Below, piece after piece: positions 40,329 through 49,693 of a stretch of 56,961 nucleotides of DNA (within the stretch, counting starts at the first letter, position 1; each line of letters begins with the position of its first letter). Below the pieces are notes generated by a model. The model was not told the origin of the DNA and did no database searches. It was given only the letters and a program-made list of their open reading frames with translations. Source of the DNA: a virus (Duplodnaviria; Caudoviricetes); the IMG/VR virus record IMGVR_UViG_3300037991_005841, positions 1-56,961 of that record. One strand, written 5' to 3'. The position numbers were made by a program, and so were the translations under genes.

Positions 40329-40684
40329 TGAAAAAAATACTATTTATATTTTTACTTCTTGTTAGTTGTTATATTGAACCTTATGAGGAAAAAATATATC
40401 CAATTGAACAAGATATAACAATAGCAGAAAATGAAGGTCTAAAATTTCAAGGACCAAGTATAACCGATGGCTCACTATTTAACTTTAAAGTTATGGAAGC
40501 TGGACAGTATGAGTTAGTTATAAAAGATCATTTTAAAAATACCATATCAAAAAGTATATTAGATATACAATATGGTAATAATGTAATGACATTTTATACT
40601 AATGCAATCTTAGATGGAGATTATACTGTTCAATTTATAAAAAATAACGAAATTGTTAGGAGTCAAAAAATTACTATCCAATGA
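40328..40684 (+). CDS. Lipoprotein with Ig-like (FlgD/T9SS-CTD-like) domain
   Basis: Lipobox LLVSC; YELVIKD..G.N....LDGDYTVQF...KITI. Confidence 0.6.
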   Translation: MKKILFIFLLLVSCYIEPYEEKIYPIEQDITIAENEGLKFQGPSITDGSLFNFKVMEAGQYELVIKDHFKNTISKSILDIQYGNNVMTFYTNAILDGDYTVQFIKNNEIVRSQKITIQ

Positions 40685-40956
40685 GCGAAGAAGGGAACAA
40701 AAGCTTTTTTGGGCAAATAAAAAACCAACTAATTGCTACTATAGGTTTAATAATAACCGCAGCAGGAGGTTTGTTCATTGCAAACATGGAAGCTATTTTC
40801 AGTCCAAAAGAAGAAGTTGTTGAAGAACAACCTATGCTAGAACAAAAAATTAATATACCAACTGGTACTTTTGTAAAAGACACGATGGTTATAACAAAAA
40901 CAATCGTAACACCACCGCCACCACCAGTTGAAAAAGAAAAAGAATACGATTGGTAA
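40681..40956 (+). CDS. Single-TM membrane protein with Pro-rich tail
   Basis: LIATIGLIITAAGGLFI; PPPPP. Confidence 0.6.
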   Translation: MSEEGNKSFFGQIKNQLIATIGLIITAAGGLFIANMEAIFSPKEEVVEEQPMLEQKINIPTGTFVKDTMVITKTIVTPPPPPVEKEKEYDW

Positions 40957-41672
40957 TGAAATACATATGTGCGATTTTAATTGTCCTTTTTGCAACGCAT
41001 GCTAATGCGCAAGTAATAGGTAAAACAACAAGCGAAGATTACGTAGCTGATTTTGAAAAGCAAGCAAGTATATGGAGTATACCAGAATATAATGGTGATC
41101 CTGTAAGTGTAGCTTTATTGAACATCGGTATTACAGATGATATATTACAACAATATCCTGAGTTAGGCGATTATAGAGTTGGCTTAGGCTTGAGTAATAT
41201 TACCGTTGCGTTTTTAGATGAAACATTTCGTTTTGAGTTTGTAGAAACAAAAGATGAAATAAAAGAAAGAATGATAAAACAATTTAAAGCAAGTGAAAAA
41301 GGTTTTACAGCAAACGTTGTAAATCCTATAGGTAAAATTGTTTTAGCTAAATACTTTGGTTATATAGAAGTATATGACTTTAGTATATCAGAAGATGAAA
41401 CAATAAATTTAAAAGACGGTATAAAAAACAAACTTGTAACTAGACTAGGTTTACAAGTTAAGTTAGTTGATTCTGAAACAGGTTTGTATATGACAGGATC
41501 TGGTTTAGGTAAAGCTACAACACAAAGAGAATTAACTTTATTAAATAATGAAAACCTTGAAGAAGTAAAATTTAATCAATCTTCGATAGGTGTTTCAACA
41601 CGTAAAGCATTAGAAACAGCAGTTGCGAAAGTTGTTAAAAGAATGATTCGCAAAGGTATATTCGATCACTAA
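40950..41672 (+). CDS. CsgG-like (curli/TolB-N family) secreted protein
   Basis: Signal peptide; L.ETFRFEFVE, LQVKLVDSETG..GSGLG, RKALETAV. Confidence 0.6.
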   Translation: MVMKYICAILIVLFATHANAQVIGKTTSEDYVADFEKQASIWSIPEYNGDPVSVALLNIGITDDILQQYPELGDYRVGLGLSNITVAFLDETFRFEFVETKDEIKERMIKQFKASEKGFTANVVNPIGKIVLAKYFGYIEVYDFSISEDETINLKDGIKNKLVTRLGLQVKLVDSETGLYMTGSGLGKATTQRELTLLNNENLEEVKFNQSSIGVSTRKALETAVAKVVKRMIRKGIFDH

Positions 41673-43024
41673 TGAGATGGTTAATAGTATTACTATTTTC
41701 TGCATCCGCGTATTCACAAGTATTAACACAAACCTTTACAGATAGATGTACTGGTCAAGTTAAAACTGTACAGATACAAATGCAAGGCACAACAACAGTT
41801 GCATTTTATAATCAAGTACAAACATTTACAGCACAAGACTTTTATAGTGGTGCAGTAAAAGCATGGATGGAAAAAACATATGCTTGGTGGTATAATTTAT
41901 CACCATGCTCTACAGCTCAAACTACACAAACTACAGCCACTACATCTACAAATACGGCTAATAATAGTTCATCATCAACAGATAATTCATCGAATAATAA
42001 TTCAGACAATAGCGGATCTAGCGGTAGCTCTGACAACAGTGATTCCGGTGGATCTGATTCTGGTGGCGATAGTGGAGATAATGGATCTGATAGCGATGGT
42101 GGAGGTAGCGATGATGACGGAGGAGGAAGCGACGACGGTGGTGGAGATGATGATGGTGGTGATGATAATGATAATGATAATGATAACGAAGAAAAAGAAG
42201 AAGAGCAAGAGCAGGAAGAAGAACAAGAAGAAGAGGAACAAGAGGAAGAATCTGAAGAGGAAGAGGAAGAAGAAGAGTCTGATGAGGAGGAAGAAGAAAG
42301 TGAAGAAGAAGAAAAGAAAAAGCGTAATCCTATATTAATATCAGCAAACCTTATGGCTATGTCTGGTTTAGACGGCACATTAAGCAATATAGCGAGTTTT
42401 GGATATAGCCAGACGGCTTTAAACGGAGTTGACTCATATTCTGCTAACTTAATGATTTGGGACAATTTAAAGCAGTTTACGTTAGGTGGCGCAAAATCAC
42501 ATATAATATATAATTATGACAGACCTATAGACTTTATAATACGTGAGAATGGTAAAGAATATAAATTTGGTACATTTTACGGTAAAGGGTCTATACATTC
42601 TATACAATCAATATCATTATCTACAATGTATATGTATGGTATAGTTAATATTAGCACAGGTTTGAGTAATGTATATATAAGAAACGGTTTAATTGCAGGT
42701 TATTCATTATCAAATAATGTTTTGTTTGGTAATGGTAATTATACAATTATGCCTTCAGCATCTTTTTTTGGTACAAAACCATATAAAGTAAATAGATTTA
42801 CTATATCACCAATGGTAGCATTAGCTTTAAATCCTATATACTTTAGTTCAATAGAAGATAAGATTGGTTATAACGAACATGTCGTTGGCGTATTAGGTGC
42901 CAACTTTGATTTTCCATTAACAGAAAATTTTAAAGCAAACATAGGTGGGAATATTGTAAAAAGCACCGACAATTTTCCTTTAACATACTCAATAACAATT
43001 GGTGCTAAGTTTAAATTATATTAA
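41672..43024 (+). CDS. Outer-membrane beta-barrel-like protein with long acidic linker
   Basis: Signal peptide AYS-Q, S/G/D/E low-complexity linker, amphipathic strands ending YSITIGAKFKLY. Confidence 0.6.
   Translation: MRWLIVLLFSASAYSQVLTQTFTDRCTGQVKTVQIQMQGTTTVAFYNQVQTFTAQDFYSGAVKAWMEKTYAWWYNLSPCSTAQTTQTTATTSTNTANNSSSSTDNSSNNNSDNSGSSGSSDNSDSGGSDSGGDSGDNGSDSDGGGSDDDGGGSDDGGGDDDGGDDNDNDNDNEEKEEEQEQEEEQEEEEQEEESEEEEEEEESDEEEEESEEEEKKKRNPILISANLMAMSGLDGTLSNIASFGYSQTALNGVDSYSANLMIWDNLKQFTLGGAKSHIIYNYDRPIDFIIRENGKEYKFGTFYGKGSIHSIQSISLSTMYMYGIVNISTGLSNVYIRNGLIAGYSLSNNVLFGNGNYTIMPSASFFGTKPYKVNRFTISPMVALALNPIYFSSIEDKIGYNEHVVGVLGANFDFPLTENFKANIGGNIVKSTDNFPLTYSITIGAKFKLY
41960..42320 (+). repeat. 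Low-complexity GAT/GGT/GAA triplet tract
   Basis: Encodes Ser/Asn, then Gly/Asp, then a poly-Glu linker. Confidence 0.8.
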
Positions 43025-43026
43025 TT

Positions 43027-43491
43027 ATGAAAAATATTAGTGAACATATTTCATATAAAGAAGGTACATATAGTGTTACAGCATTAAGATTAGGATTAAA
43101 TAATGATCCTACAAAAACACATTTAAGCAATATGGAATTGCTAGCAGAAAAAATATTTGAACCATTAAGAAAACACGTAGGTGGCCCTATAAAAATAAAT
43201 TCATTTTATCGCGGACCTGAATTAAATAAAGCAATTGGCGGGTCAAGTAAATCACAACATTGTGAAGGACGTGCAATTGATTTAGATGATACTTATGGTT
43301 ATATGAGTAATGCTGATATGTATGAATATATAAAGAATAACTTATCGTTCGATCAGATGATATGGGAATTTGGAAACTCTGATAACCCGGATTGGGTTCA
43401 TGTAAGTTATGTAAATGAAGAGGCTAATAGAAATAGATGTTTATTAGCATATAAAGATGAAAACAATAAAACTTCTTATAAAGTAATATAA
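43027..43491 (+). CDS. Peptidase M15-family endolysin
   Basis: INSFYRGPELNKAIGGSSKSQHCEGRAID and WVHVS Zn-binding motifs. Confidence 0.85.
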   Translation: MKNISEHISYKEGTYSVTALRLGLNNDPTKTHLSNMELLAEKIFEPLRKHVGGPIKINSFYRGPELNKAIGGSSKSQHCEGRAIDLDDTYGYMSNADMYEYIKNNLSFDQMIWEFGNSDNPDWVHVSYVNEEANRNRCLLAYKDENNKTSYKVI

Positions 43492-43634
43492 TGAAGTTTT
43501 TTGATTTTAATAATAATGGGAAGTATGATTGGTGGGAATATATATTACCTATAGTAATTATACTTTTTATAGAAATTATTGCTGAGATCGTGGTACAATT
43601 TTTGATGTTTTGGAATATTTTGGAGCTGTCCTAA
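43491..43634 (+). CDS. 47-aa membrane peptide with EF-hand-like loop (not in ORF track)
   Basis: MKFFDFNNNGKYDWWEYILPIVIILFIEIIAEIVVQFLMFWNILELS; coupled to the endolysin. Confidence 0.5.
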   Translation: MKFFDFNNNGKYDWWEYILPIVIILFIEIIAEIVVQFLMFWNILELS

Positions 43635-44382
43635 TTATTTTCATATTATGCATCCATCCTGTATATTTTAACTTTTCTCTTTTTAGATTACTTAACTTAT
43701 GCCAATTAATTATTCCTCTACGATTTAAAAAACTCATATAATGTTCTTCCATATCTCTGTCATGAGCCGGTCTATCTAAAACATATACTGGTAAATGCCA
43801 ACTATGAGGATTACAATTACTAACTTTACCTCTTTTATCTTTCGGCACAAAGTCAGCTTGTTTATGAAAAAAATCAAAACCTATAAGATCAATACTTTTA
43901 TAGGTTTTTATTTTATCTATAAACCATATAATACTTATAAAACCAGCACTAGGCCTATAATCATTTATACCTAATAAATCTTTATCAAATTCTTTCATTA
44001 TTCTAACTAAATCATTGTCAGAATACATTTGAGTATATTTAGGAAAGTCTTTTGGTAATCTATCTTCTAATACCCAATTTTTTAATTTTAAGTTTCCTCT
44101 GCATCTATTAATTAATATTTTTGTATTTTTAAATTTACCTGTAGTAAATTTTTTTTTAACATTATTAAACGCTGGTGCTCTAAATTGACCTGTAATCCAT
44201 ATATCACATTTAGTACCTATAGACTCTTCTTGTAAAGGCGTAGCTTCAATAGCTCTACCAAATCTTACAACAATATCATATTCGTCAATAACTTTGCCAA
44301 GTTTATGTTTCATAATCTCGACAGAGTTACCAACAAATACAATACGTTTATTTTTTACAAACTGTTGTATACTCTCCACCAT
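43576..44382 (-). CDS. GT29 sialyltransferase-like glycosyltransferase
   Basis: Sialylmotif L-like VFVGNS..LGKVIDEYDIVVRF, S-like PSAGF..GFDFF, VS-like HDRDMEE. Confidence 0.7.
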   Translation of the reverse strand: MVESIQQFVKNKRIVFVGNSVEIMKHKLGKVIDEYDIVVRFGRAIEATPLQEESIGTKCDIWITGQFRAPAFNNVKKKFTTGKFKNTKILINRCRGNLKLKNWVLEDRLPKDFPKYTQMYSDNDLVRIMKEFDKDLLGINDYRPSAGFISIIWFIDKIKTYKSIDLIGFDFFHKQADFVPKDKRGKVSNCNPHSWHLPVYVLDRPAHDRDMEEHYMSFLNRRGIINWHKLSNLKREKLKYTGWMHNMKIIRTAPKYSKTSKIVPRSQQ

Positions 44383-45017
44383 AGTTGAGAATAATTTGAA
44401 TCTTTATATTTATCAAACCATGGTCCACCATTTGTATAATGTAATGCTTTGGCGTTATCCATATCGTAACCTTGTACATTAACTAAACAGTTATATTGTT
44501 TAGGTATAGAGGCTATGTTATCTTCATGTATAAAGTGAAACTCATGAAGCTGTGCTGGTGTAGCATTATCTAAATATTCTTTAGTAAGTTTATTTTTAAA
44601 CCAAGCATTATTAAATACCATTAAGCTTGACCAATTTTTTTTTGGATATGTTTTATTTACTATCCCATCCATTTTATTTGCTGCAACTTTATAATCATCA
44701 TGTTTTACAACTGCTAAAGGCTTATCTTTAATAAATCTTTTAGCTTGATTAATATCACATTTCCATAAAAAATCATTATCACAAAATATAGCTCTACCTT
44801 CATAGTTACACAAAAGCGGCACATAAAATCTTGTAAAAGAAAATTCTGTTGACTCACCTTCAATATCTTTTCTACCATATACTCCAATTTCTTTTAATTT
44901 AGATTTATCTAACCATGTTATATCTGCTTCTGGAAAGTAATCTTTAATTGATTTTTCACAAACTTTAGTTGCTTGTTTATATCGGGAATCATGCCCTATA
45001 AATATTCTTAAACTCAT
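44355..45017 (-). CDS. GT-A (GT8/CDI-like) glycosyltransferase
   Basis: IFIGHDSR, STEFSFTRF, DxD (CDNDF), KNWSS, LHYTNGGPWF; ATG 45017. Confidence 0.8.
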   Translation of the reverse strand: MSLRIFIGHDSRYKQATKVCEKSIKDYFPEADITWLDKSKLKEIGVYGRKDIEGESTEFSFTRFYVPLLCNYEGRAIFCDNDFLWKCDINQAKRFIKDKPLAVVKHDDYKVAANKMDGIVNKTYPKKNWSSLMVFNNAWFKNKLTKEYLDNATPAQLHEFHFIHEDNIASIPKQYNCLVNVQGYDMDNAKALHYTNGGPWFDKYKDSNYSQLWWRVYNSL

Positions 45018-45018
45018 T

Positions 45019-45363
45019 TTATACTTTTTTACCTGATGTTCTTCTATTAATATCGTCGTGATTAAATTCAGCCCAATACAATTCAAAAGCAACACCATCT
45101 TCTAACCCTTCAAACTGATGAAACTTACCTGGTTTAACCATTGTAAAATCACCTGCTTCTAATATTGTTTCGTCAACCAAGTCCTGGTCGTCTTGCCAAA
45201 CTCTAACGAGCATTTTACCGGACTCTACAAAAAATCCGTTCCATTTAAATTTATGTTCATGCTCTGAACATTTAAATCCTTTATTAAATTCTATTCTATG
45301 AAATTCTAATACACCATTTTTGTGTATCATTTCGGTTTTACCCCAAATTTTTCCTGCTTTCAT
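45019..45363 (-). CDS. Cupin-domain protein (sugar isomerase-like)
   Basis: KIWG, CSEHEH, PGKFHQF, FELY. Confidence 0.75.
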   Translation of the reverse strand: MKAGKIWGKTEMIHKNGVLEFHRIEFNKGFKCSEHEHKFKWNGFFVESGKMLVRVWQDDQDLVDETILEAGDFTMVKPGKFHQFEGLEDGVAFELYWAEFNHDDINRRTSGKKV

Positions 45364-46172
45364 TTTAAATTATTAAAATATGGTTTTTTCCAAGTTCTTG
45401 ATTTCATTCTTGGATGCTGTATTTTTTTTATAACTTTAATTTTTTTAAACGGAGCCCAGTTGTACCATTTTGATCTTTTATTATTCTCAATAGTGGTAAT
45501 TTTAAAATTACTTAAAGTTTGATTTTTCTTATTATTAAAATGTATACTTAATAATATTCTTGGCCCTATTGTATCAACTTTATGATATTGATAAGACGGT
45601 ATGTATAGCAAATCGCCAGGCTCTAAAATAAATTCATCTATAATTGTTTCCGGTTTATTAGGTATATATTCTTTATATATTGTCCATTTAGTTTTGCCTT
45701 CTGTATGAAATAAAAAGTTTTCAGTAGCATCACCATGAGCTGGAAATGATTTTGATTTTTCATTTGGTGAAGCATATACATTTACTTGACCATGACCAAA
45801 ATATTTTTCAAATTCAAAACATATATCTACAAGACTTTTCTTTTCATATTCTGCAAATGGTATTACAAAAGTTTTATTTTGATTTTTCCAATAATCAAAT
45901 AGCTGATCTTTATTAATCATTGGTAATTTTAATTTACCATTCCTAACTTTATCTAAGCACCATCTGCCATCTTTTGTTTTATCAGTACCTTCAATTATTT
46001 GAAGACTTTTTACATTTGGAAATCTGTTTAAATAATTTTCTAAATCATCCCAAGTAAATAAATTTTTAAATTTATTTCTTCTAATAACTAAATGTTTTTT
46101 GCCCCAATAATTTTGAAAAAAGTTTTTAACGCTTACGGGTTCCAGTATGTTTTCTAATGTTATCTTATCCAT
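45360..46172 (-). CDS. JmjC/cupin_4 2OG-Fe(II) oxygenase (YcfD/RoxA-like)
   Basis: FFQNYWGKK, NVYASP..FPAHGD..F..EGKTKW, LEPGDLLYIP..YH. Confidence 0.8.
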   Translation of the reverse strand: MDKITLENILEPVSVKNFFQNYWGKKHLVIRRNKFKNLFTWDDLENYLNRFPNVKSLQIIEGTDKTKDGRWCLDKVRNGKLKLPMINKDQLFDYWKNQNKTFVIPFAEYEKKSLVDICFEFEKYFGHGQVNVYASPNEKSKSFPAHGDATENFLFHTEGKTKWTIYKEYIPNKPETIIDEFILEPGDLLYIPSYQYHKVDTIGPRILLSIHFNNKKNQTLSNFKITTIENNKRSKWYNWAPFKKIKVIKKIQHPRMKSRTWKKPYFNNLK

Positions 46173-47898
46173 CGCATGCTAAACAGTTTTCATCCATAGC
46201 TGATTCAGCAATATCACCTCTCAGTACAGATTCGGTTCTCATATAATATAATGTTTTAATTCCTTTTTTCCATGCAGCCATATGTACTTTATTAATCCAT
46301 TTAGGTGTAGCTACTGCTGGAAAAGCTAAATTTAATGAAACAGATTGATCAATATATTGTTGACGTATACCTGCTTGATTAACTAATTCTAATTGATTTA
46401 TTTCTTTAAATGTTTTAAAGACTTCTTTAAGTGGTATATCATTGTACTTACCTAACATAATGTTATCAAGTTCTTTTATACCTTGTACTGAACCTCCGTC
46501 TTTTAAGATTTTGTTCCAGATTTTTTCTGTGTCGAGTTTATTTCTTCTGAGTATCTTTTTAAGCGTAGGGTTCTTGCGAATAAATGTACCTTTCGCAGAC
46601 TGTTCTGTGAATACGTTAGCAGCCCACGGCTCAATTCCGGGAGACACGTTACCACTAAGTTTGCTATTGCTGACAGTAGGTGCGATAGCACGAAGATGAG
46701 TGTTACGATACCCAGAGCCACGACACCAAAGAGGCTCGCCAAAAGTCTCAGCAAGCGCCATGGAAGCTCTTTCACTTTCAATTTTAATTTGTGAAAATAT
46801 TCTTCTAGTTTCATATTGTGATAGTAGTCCTTCAAACGGTAAACCTTTTTCTTGTAAGTATGTATGCCATCCAAGAACGCCAAGCCCCAGAGCTCTACCT
46901 TTTTCAGCAGACCTAACTGAATTATGGAATCCCACTTTGCCTTTACTCTTTTGAATAAATTCTTCAAGGACTCCGTCAAGAAACCATATACTATCATATA
47001 TAAGGTTTGTATTTTTCCATTCTTCATATTTTGCTAAATTTAATGATGATAAACAACAAACAAATGAATGAGACTCGTCAGTATGTAATGTAATCTCGCT
47101 ACATATATTTGTCATGTGTACTTTTAATCCATGTTTTCTGTAATGTTCCGGATTAGCTTTGTTTGTATTTCCCTTAAATAAAATATAAGGTTCGCCAGTT
47201 GCTTTTCGCTTTTGTAATAATTTTCCCCATAATCTTCTTGCATTTTTATCACCCGCATCAAGTCTTCGCATGAACTTATCGCCGACCACAGCACACTGGT
47301 GGAGGTTGAGCGATTGACGATTAACATCTCCTTTAGGTTCTCGTATTTCCAACCACTCTTCAAAGTCGGGGTGGTCAATATTAATATTAATGCTTGCAGC
47401 TCCTCTACGGACAGATCCTTGATTCGTGGCAAGTATAGTGCTATCGTAGATTTTACAAAACGGCACAGTTCCGTCAGATGTTCCATTACCTGTAATTTTT
47501 GCTCCGGCTGGTCTAATCATATTTAATCCGATACCAACTCCGCCTCCATGCTTTGCGAGCAGCATCATTTCGAGATTTTTCATTCCAATTTCATATATAG
47601 AGTCTCCTACGTCTATACCAAAACATGATATAGGTAAACCTCGATCTGTACCTGTATTAGATAACACAGGAGACGCTAAACATAACCAACCCTTCCATAT
47701 ATATTCAAAAAAGGTTTCAGCTAATTCTGGACGTTGTAAACGCTTTGCAACAGCATTACAAACTCTCATGTACGCATCACGAGGAGACTCACCTGGTAAC
47801 AAGTAGCCTCCTGCGATTGTTTTTTTGTATACATCTGTATCTCCCCAAGCTGGGTAGTCTACATTTTTTTTCCATTCATTATTCCACATACCTACCAT
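46165..47898 (-). CDS. nrdA: Ribonucleotide reductase class I alpha subunit
   Basis: LPISCF, NQGSVRRG, TNICSEI, AIAPT, KTLYY, CLACDG; no ATP cone; start may be 47889. Confidence 0.95.
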   Translation of the reverse strand: MVGMWNNEWKKNVDYPAWGDTDVYKKTIAGGYLLPGESPRDAYMRVCNAVAKRLQRPELAETFFEYIWKGWLCLASPVLSNTGTDRGLPISCFGIDVGDSIYEIGMKNLEMMLLAKHGGGVGIGLNMIRPAGAKITGNGTSDGTVPFCKIYDSTILATNQGSVRRGAASININIDHPDFEEWLEIREPKGDVNRQSLNLHQCAVVGDKFMRRLDAGDKNARRLWGKLLQKRKATGEPYILFKGNTNKANPEHYRKHGLKVHMTNICSEITLHTDESHSFVCCLSSLNLAKYEEWKNTNLIYDSIWFLDGVLEEFIQKSKGKVGFHNSVRSAEKGRALGLGVLGWHTYLQEKGLPFEGLLSQYETRRIFSQIKIESERASMALAETFGEPLWCRGSGYRNTHLRAIAPTVSNSKLSGNVSPGIEPWAANVFTEQSAKGTFIRKNPTLKKILRRNKLDTEKIWNKILKDGGSVQGIKELDNIMLGKYNDIPLKEVFKTFKEINQLELVNQAGIRQQYIDQSVSLNLAFPAVATPKWINKVHMAAWKKGIKTLYYMRTESVLRGDIAESAMDENCLACDG

Positions 47899-48851
47899 AT
47901 ATCTTCAAAATCTTCTCCTTCGTTTGCTTTGGAATAATCCGTTGGCCTAATAGCGAAAAAATCAGTATGGGTATGGCCCCCGGTAAGATGATAAAACCAA
48001 TCAAGATTTTTAGCTGCTTCTTTGTTATAATCAAAGATAGGTTTGTAGCCAAGCTCTTCAAGTTTTTCATTCAATCTCTTTTTAATAAATTGTTTAAGGT
48101 CATAAGCTTTTAAGTTTTCAATATCACCCATCTCAAACATTTTATCTATATATTTCATTTCAGCATCATGCATTAAGTTTGCTGCTGCATATATAGATTC
48201 TTGTGCATCATTTTTTAAATTATGTATTTCACTACACATATGTCTAAATAATTTACAACCCATTTTACTGTGTAAGGATTCATCTCTTACAGACCATTTC
48301 ATTTGTTGGCCTATACCTTTGAGAAGATTCCGTAACTGAAAACTATACAGTACTGCAAAAGCAGAGTATAAAGAAACTCCTTCTGCGAAAGCACTGAAAA
48401 TAGCCAATGACTTTCCAATACCAATGGGATCATTGCCGTTATATGCAACGAGGTTATCAAAACGCTCAGCCGTAGCTGGCTCATGTAAAAATGCTGAAAA
48501 GTCTTCAAGTCCCAATGTTTCATTTAAATAACTATATGCTACTGCATGTATTGTTTCTTGTGAACCAAACATCATAGCCATTTGTTGTATCTCGTGTTTT
48601 GGAAACCAACCCACAACTTTCTGAGTCCAGTAATCTGATACTGCACACTCAGTCTGCGCAAAACCTAACAATATGTTTCCAACTAAATGTTTTTCTGCAT
48701 CTGTTAATTTTTCATTCCAGTCTTTAACATCACCTGACATAGGTATTTCTGTATGTAACCAAAATGCTTGCGCTTGAGGTAACCATCCTTCTGTATAATA
48801 CTCAGGATATTCAAAAGGTTTATATGGTATTCTTTCTTTAAATAGGCTCAT
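47892..48851 (-). CDS. nrdB: Ribonucleotide reductase class I beta subunit
   Basis: ETIHAVAYS, EGVSLYSAF, RDESLH, HTDFF. Confidence 0.95.
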   Translation of the reverse strand: MSLFKERIPYKPFEYPEYYTEGWLPQAQAFWLHTEIPMSGDVKDWNEKLTDAEKHLVGNILLGFAQTECAVSDYWTQKVVGWFPKHEIQQMAMMFGSQETIHAVAYSYLNETLGLEDFSAFLHEPATAERFDNLVAYNGNDPIGIGKSLAIFSAFAEGVSLYSAFAVLYSFQLRNLLKGIGQQMKWSVRDESLHSKMGCKLFRHMCSEIHNLKNDAQESIYAAANLMHDAEMKYIDKMFEMGDIENLKAYDLKQFIKKRLNEKLEELGYKPIFDYNKEAAKNLDWFYHLTGGHTHTDFFAIRPTDYSKANEGEDFEDIW

Positions 48852-49011
48852 TTTCTATTTCTATTGCTAAGTCAACAAAAGGTAAATAAAATACATGCTG
48901 TGAATGTGTTGGTCCGTGATAGCTTCTCATTCCAAATAATATACCTGGATATAAGCCTAAGGCCATAGACCAATCTCTTTTACCTCCCTTGTGCTCTATA
49001 TTGTTTGACAT
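48838..49011 (-). CDS. Small hypothetical protein (not in ORF track)
   Basis: 57 aa; ..GLYPGILFGMRSY..HVFYLPFVDL.. Confidence 0.6.
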   Translation of the reverse strand: MSNNIEHKGGKRDWSMALGLYPGILFGMRSYHGPTHSQHVFYLPFVDLAIEIENEPI

Positions 49012-49117
49012 AATTTTTGCTTGATTTTAAATTTGACGTCTTAGATTTGGCATGAATTCCTGGTCGACGTTTTTTTGCTTTTTTTCTATATTGATATATA
49101 TTTATTTTTTTAGCCAT
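48980..49117 (-). CDS. Small basic protein (not in ORF track)
   Basis: 45 aa; MAKK..RRPGIHAKSK.S..KSSKNY.KQYRAQGR. Confidence 0.6.
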   Translation of the reverse strand: MAKKINIYQYRKKAKKRRPGIHAKSKTSNLKSSKNYVKQYRAQGR

Positions 49118-49283
49118 AACATTTAATGTTATATTTTTTATGTATAAATTCTAAATCTTTCCATCTTAAGTAGCCACGACTATTTATTGACCACTTAATA
49201 AATGTATCGATCTTTCTTTCTTTATACTTTCGTCTAGCTATGTGCTTGGCTGACTCTGTATTATTTCTATTACGCGATCGCAT
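49110..49283 (-). CDS. Small hypothetical protein (not in ORF track)
   Basis: 57 aa ORF that fills the gap and overlaps both neighbours. Confidence 0.45.
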   Translation of the reverse strand: MRSRNRNNTESAKHIARRKYKERKIDTFIKWSINSRGYLRWKDLEFIHKKYNIKCYG

Positions 49284-49693
49284 TCTTTTTGATTTTGTGG
49301 TTTAAATAATGTGTAACTTGGAAATTGTTGCATAACTAATTTTTTAAACAACTTCCATCTCATCGGAAAAGATTCATTAGGTCTACCTTTAGTTTCAATT
49401 ATAAAATTTTTACCAATAAAATCTGGTGTGTACTTTATAGGTAATATTCTTTTTTCACCTCTATTTTTAAATAATCCTTTGCTGTTTGACTGTCGTTCCC
49501 AACATTCATTATCAAAGTGAAAGCCATTTAATAATACAAACGTTTCGCCTTCGTATGTAGCTTTTATACCTGCTTTTTTCAAAGCACAATACATATATTT
49601 TTCTAAGCCAGATGCAAAAGTAATTCCGTCGTGTGTAACTTTTTTTGAAACTACAGGACCTCTTTTTCTTTTATATGTCCTTCTTTTTCTCAT
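49238..49693 (-). CDS. T7 endonuclease I-like Holliday junction resolvase
   Basis: FASGLE, YE, YTPDF, IIETKG. Confidence 0.8.
   Translation of the reverse strand: MRKRRTYKRKRGPVVSKKVTHDGITFASGLEKYMYCALKKAGIKATYEGETFVLLNGFHFDNECWERQSNSKGLFKNRGEKRILPIKYTPDFIGKNFIIETKGRPNESFPMRWKLFKKLVMQQFPSYTLFKPQNQKECDRVIEIIQSQPST

Noticed and set aside
41880-42465. Overlapping ORFs in the acidic linker
   Set aside because: By-products of low-complexity triplets.
13580-48851. Inteins, introns or homing endonucleases in terL, nrdA or nrdB
   Set aside because: The ORFs are continuous and of ordinary length, with no intein or endonuclease motifs seen.
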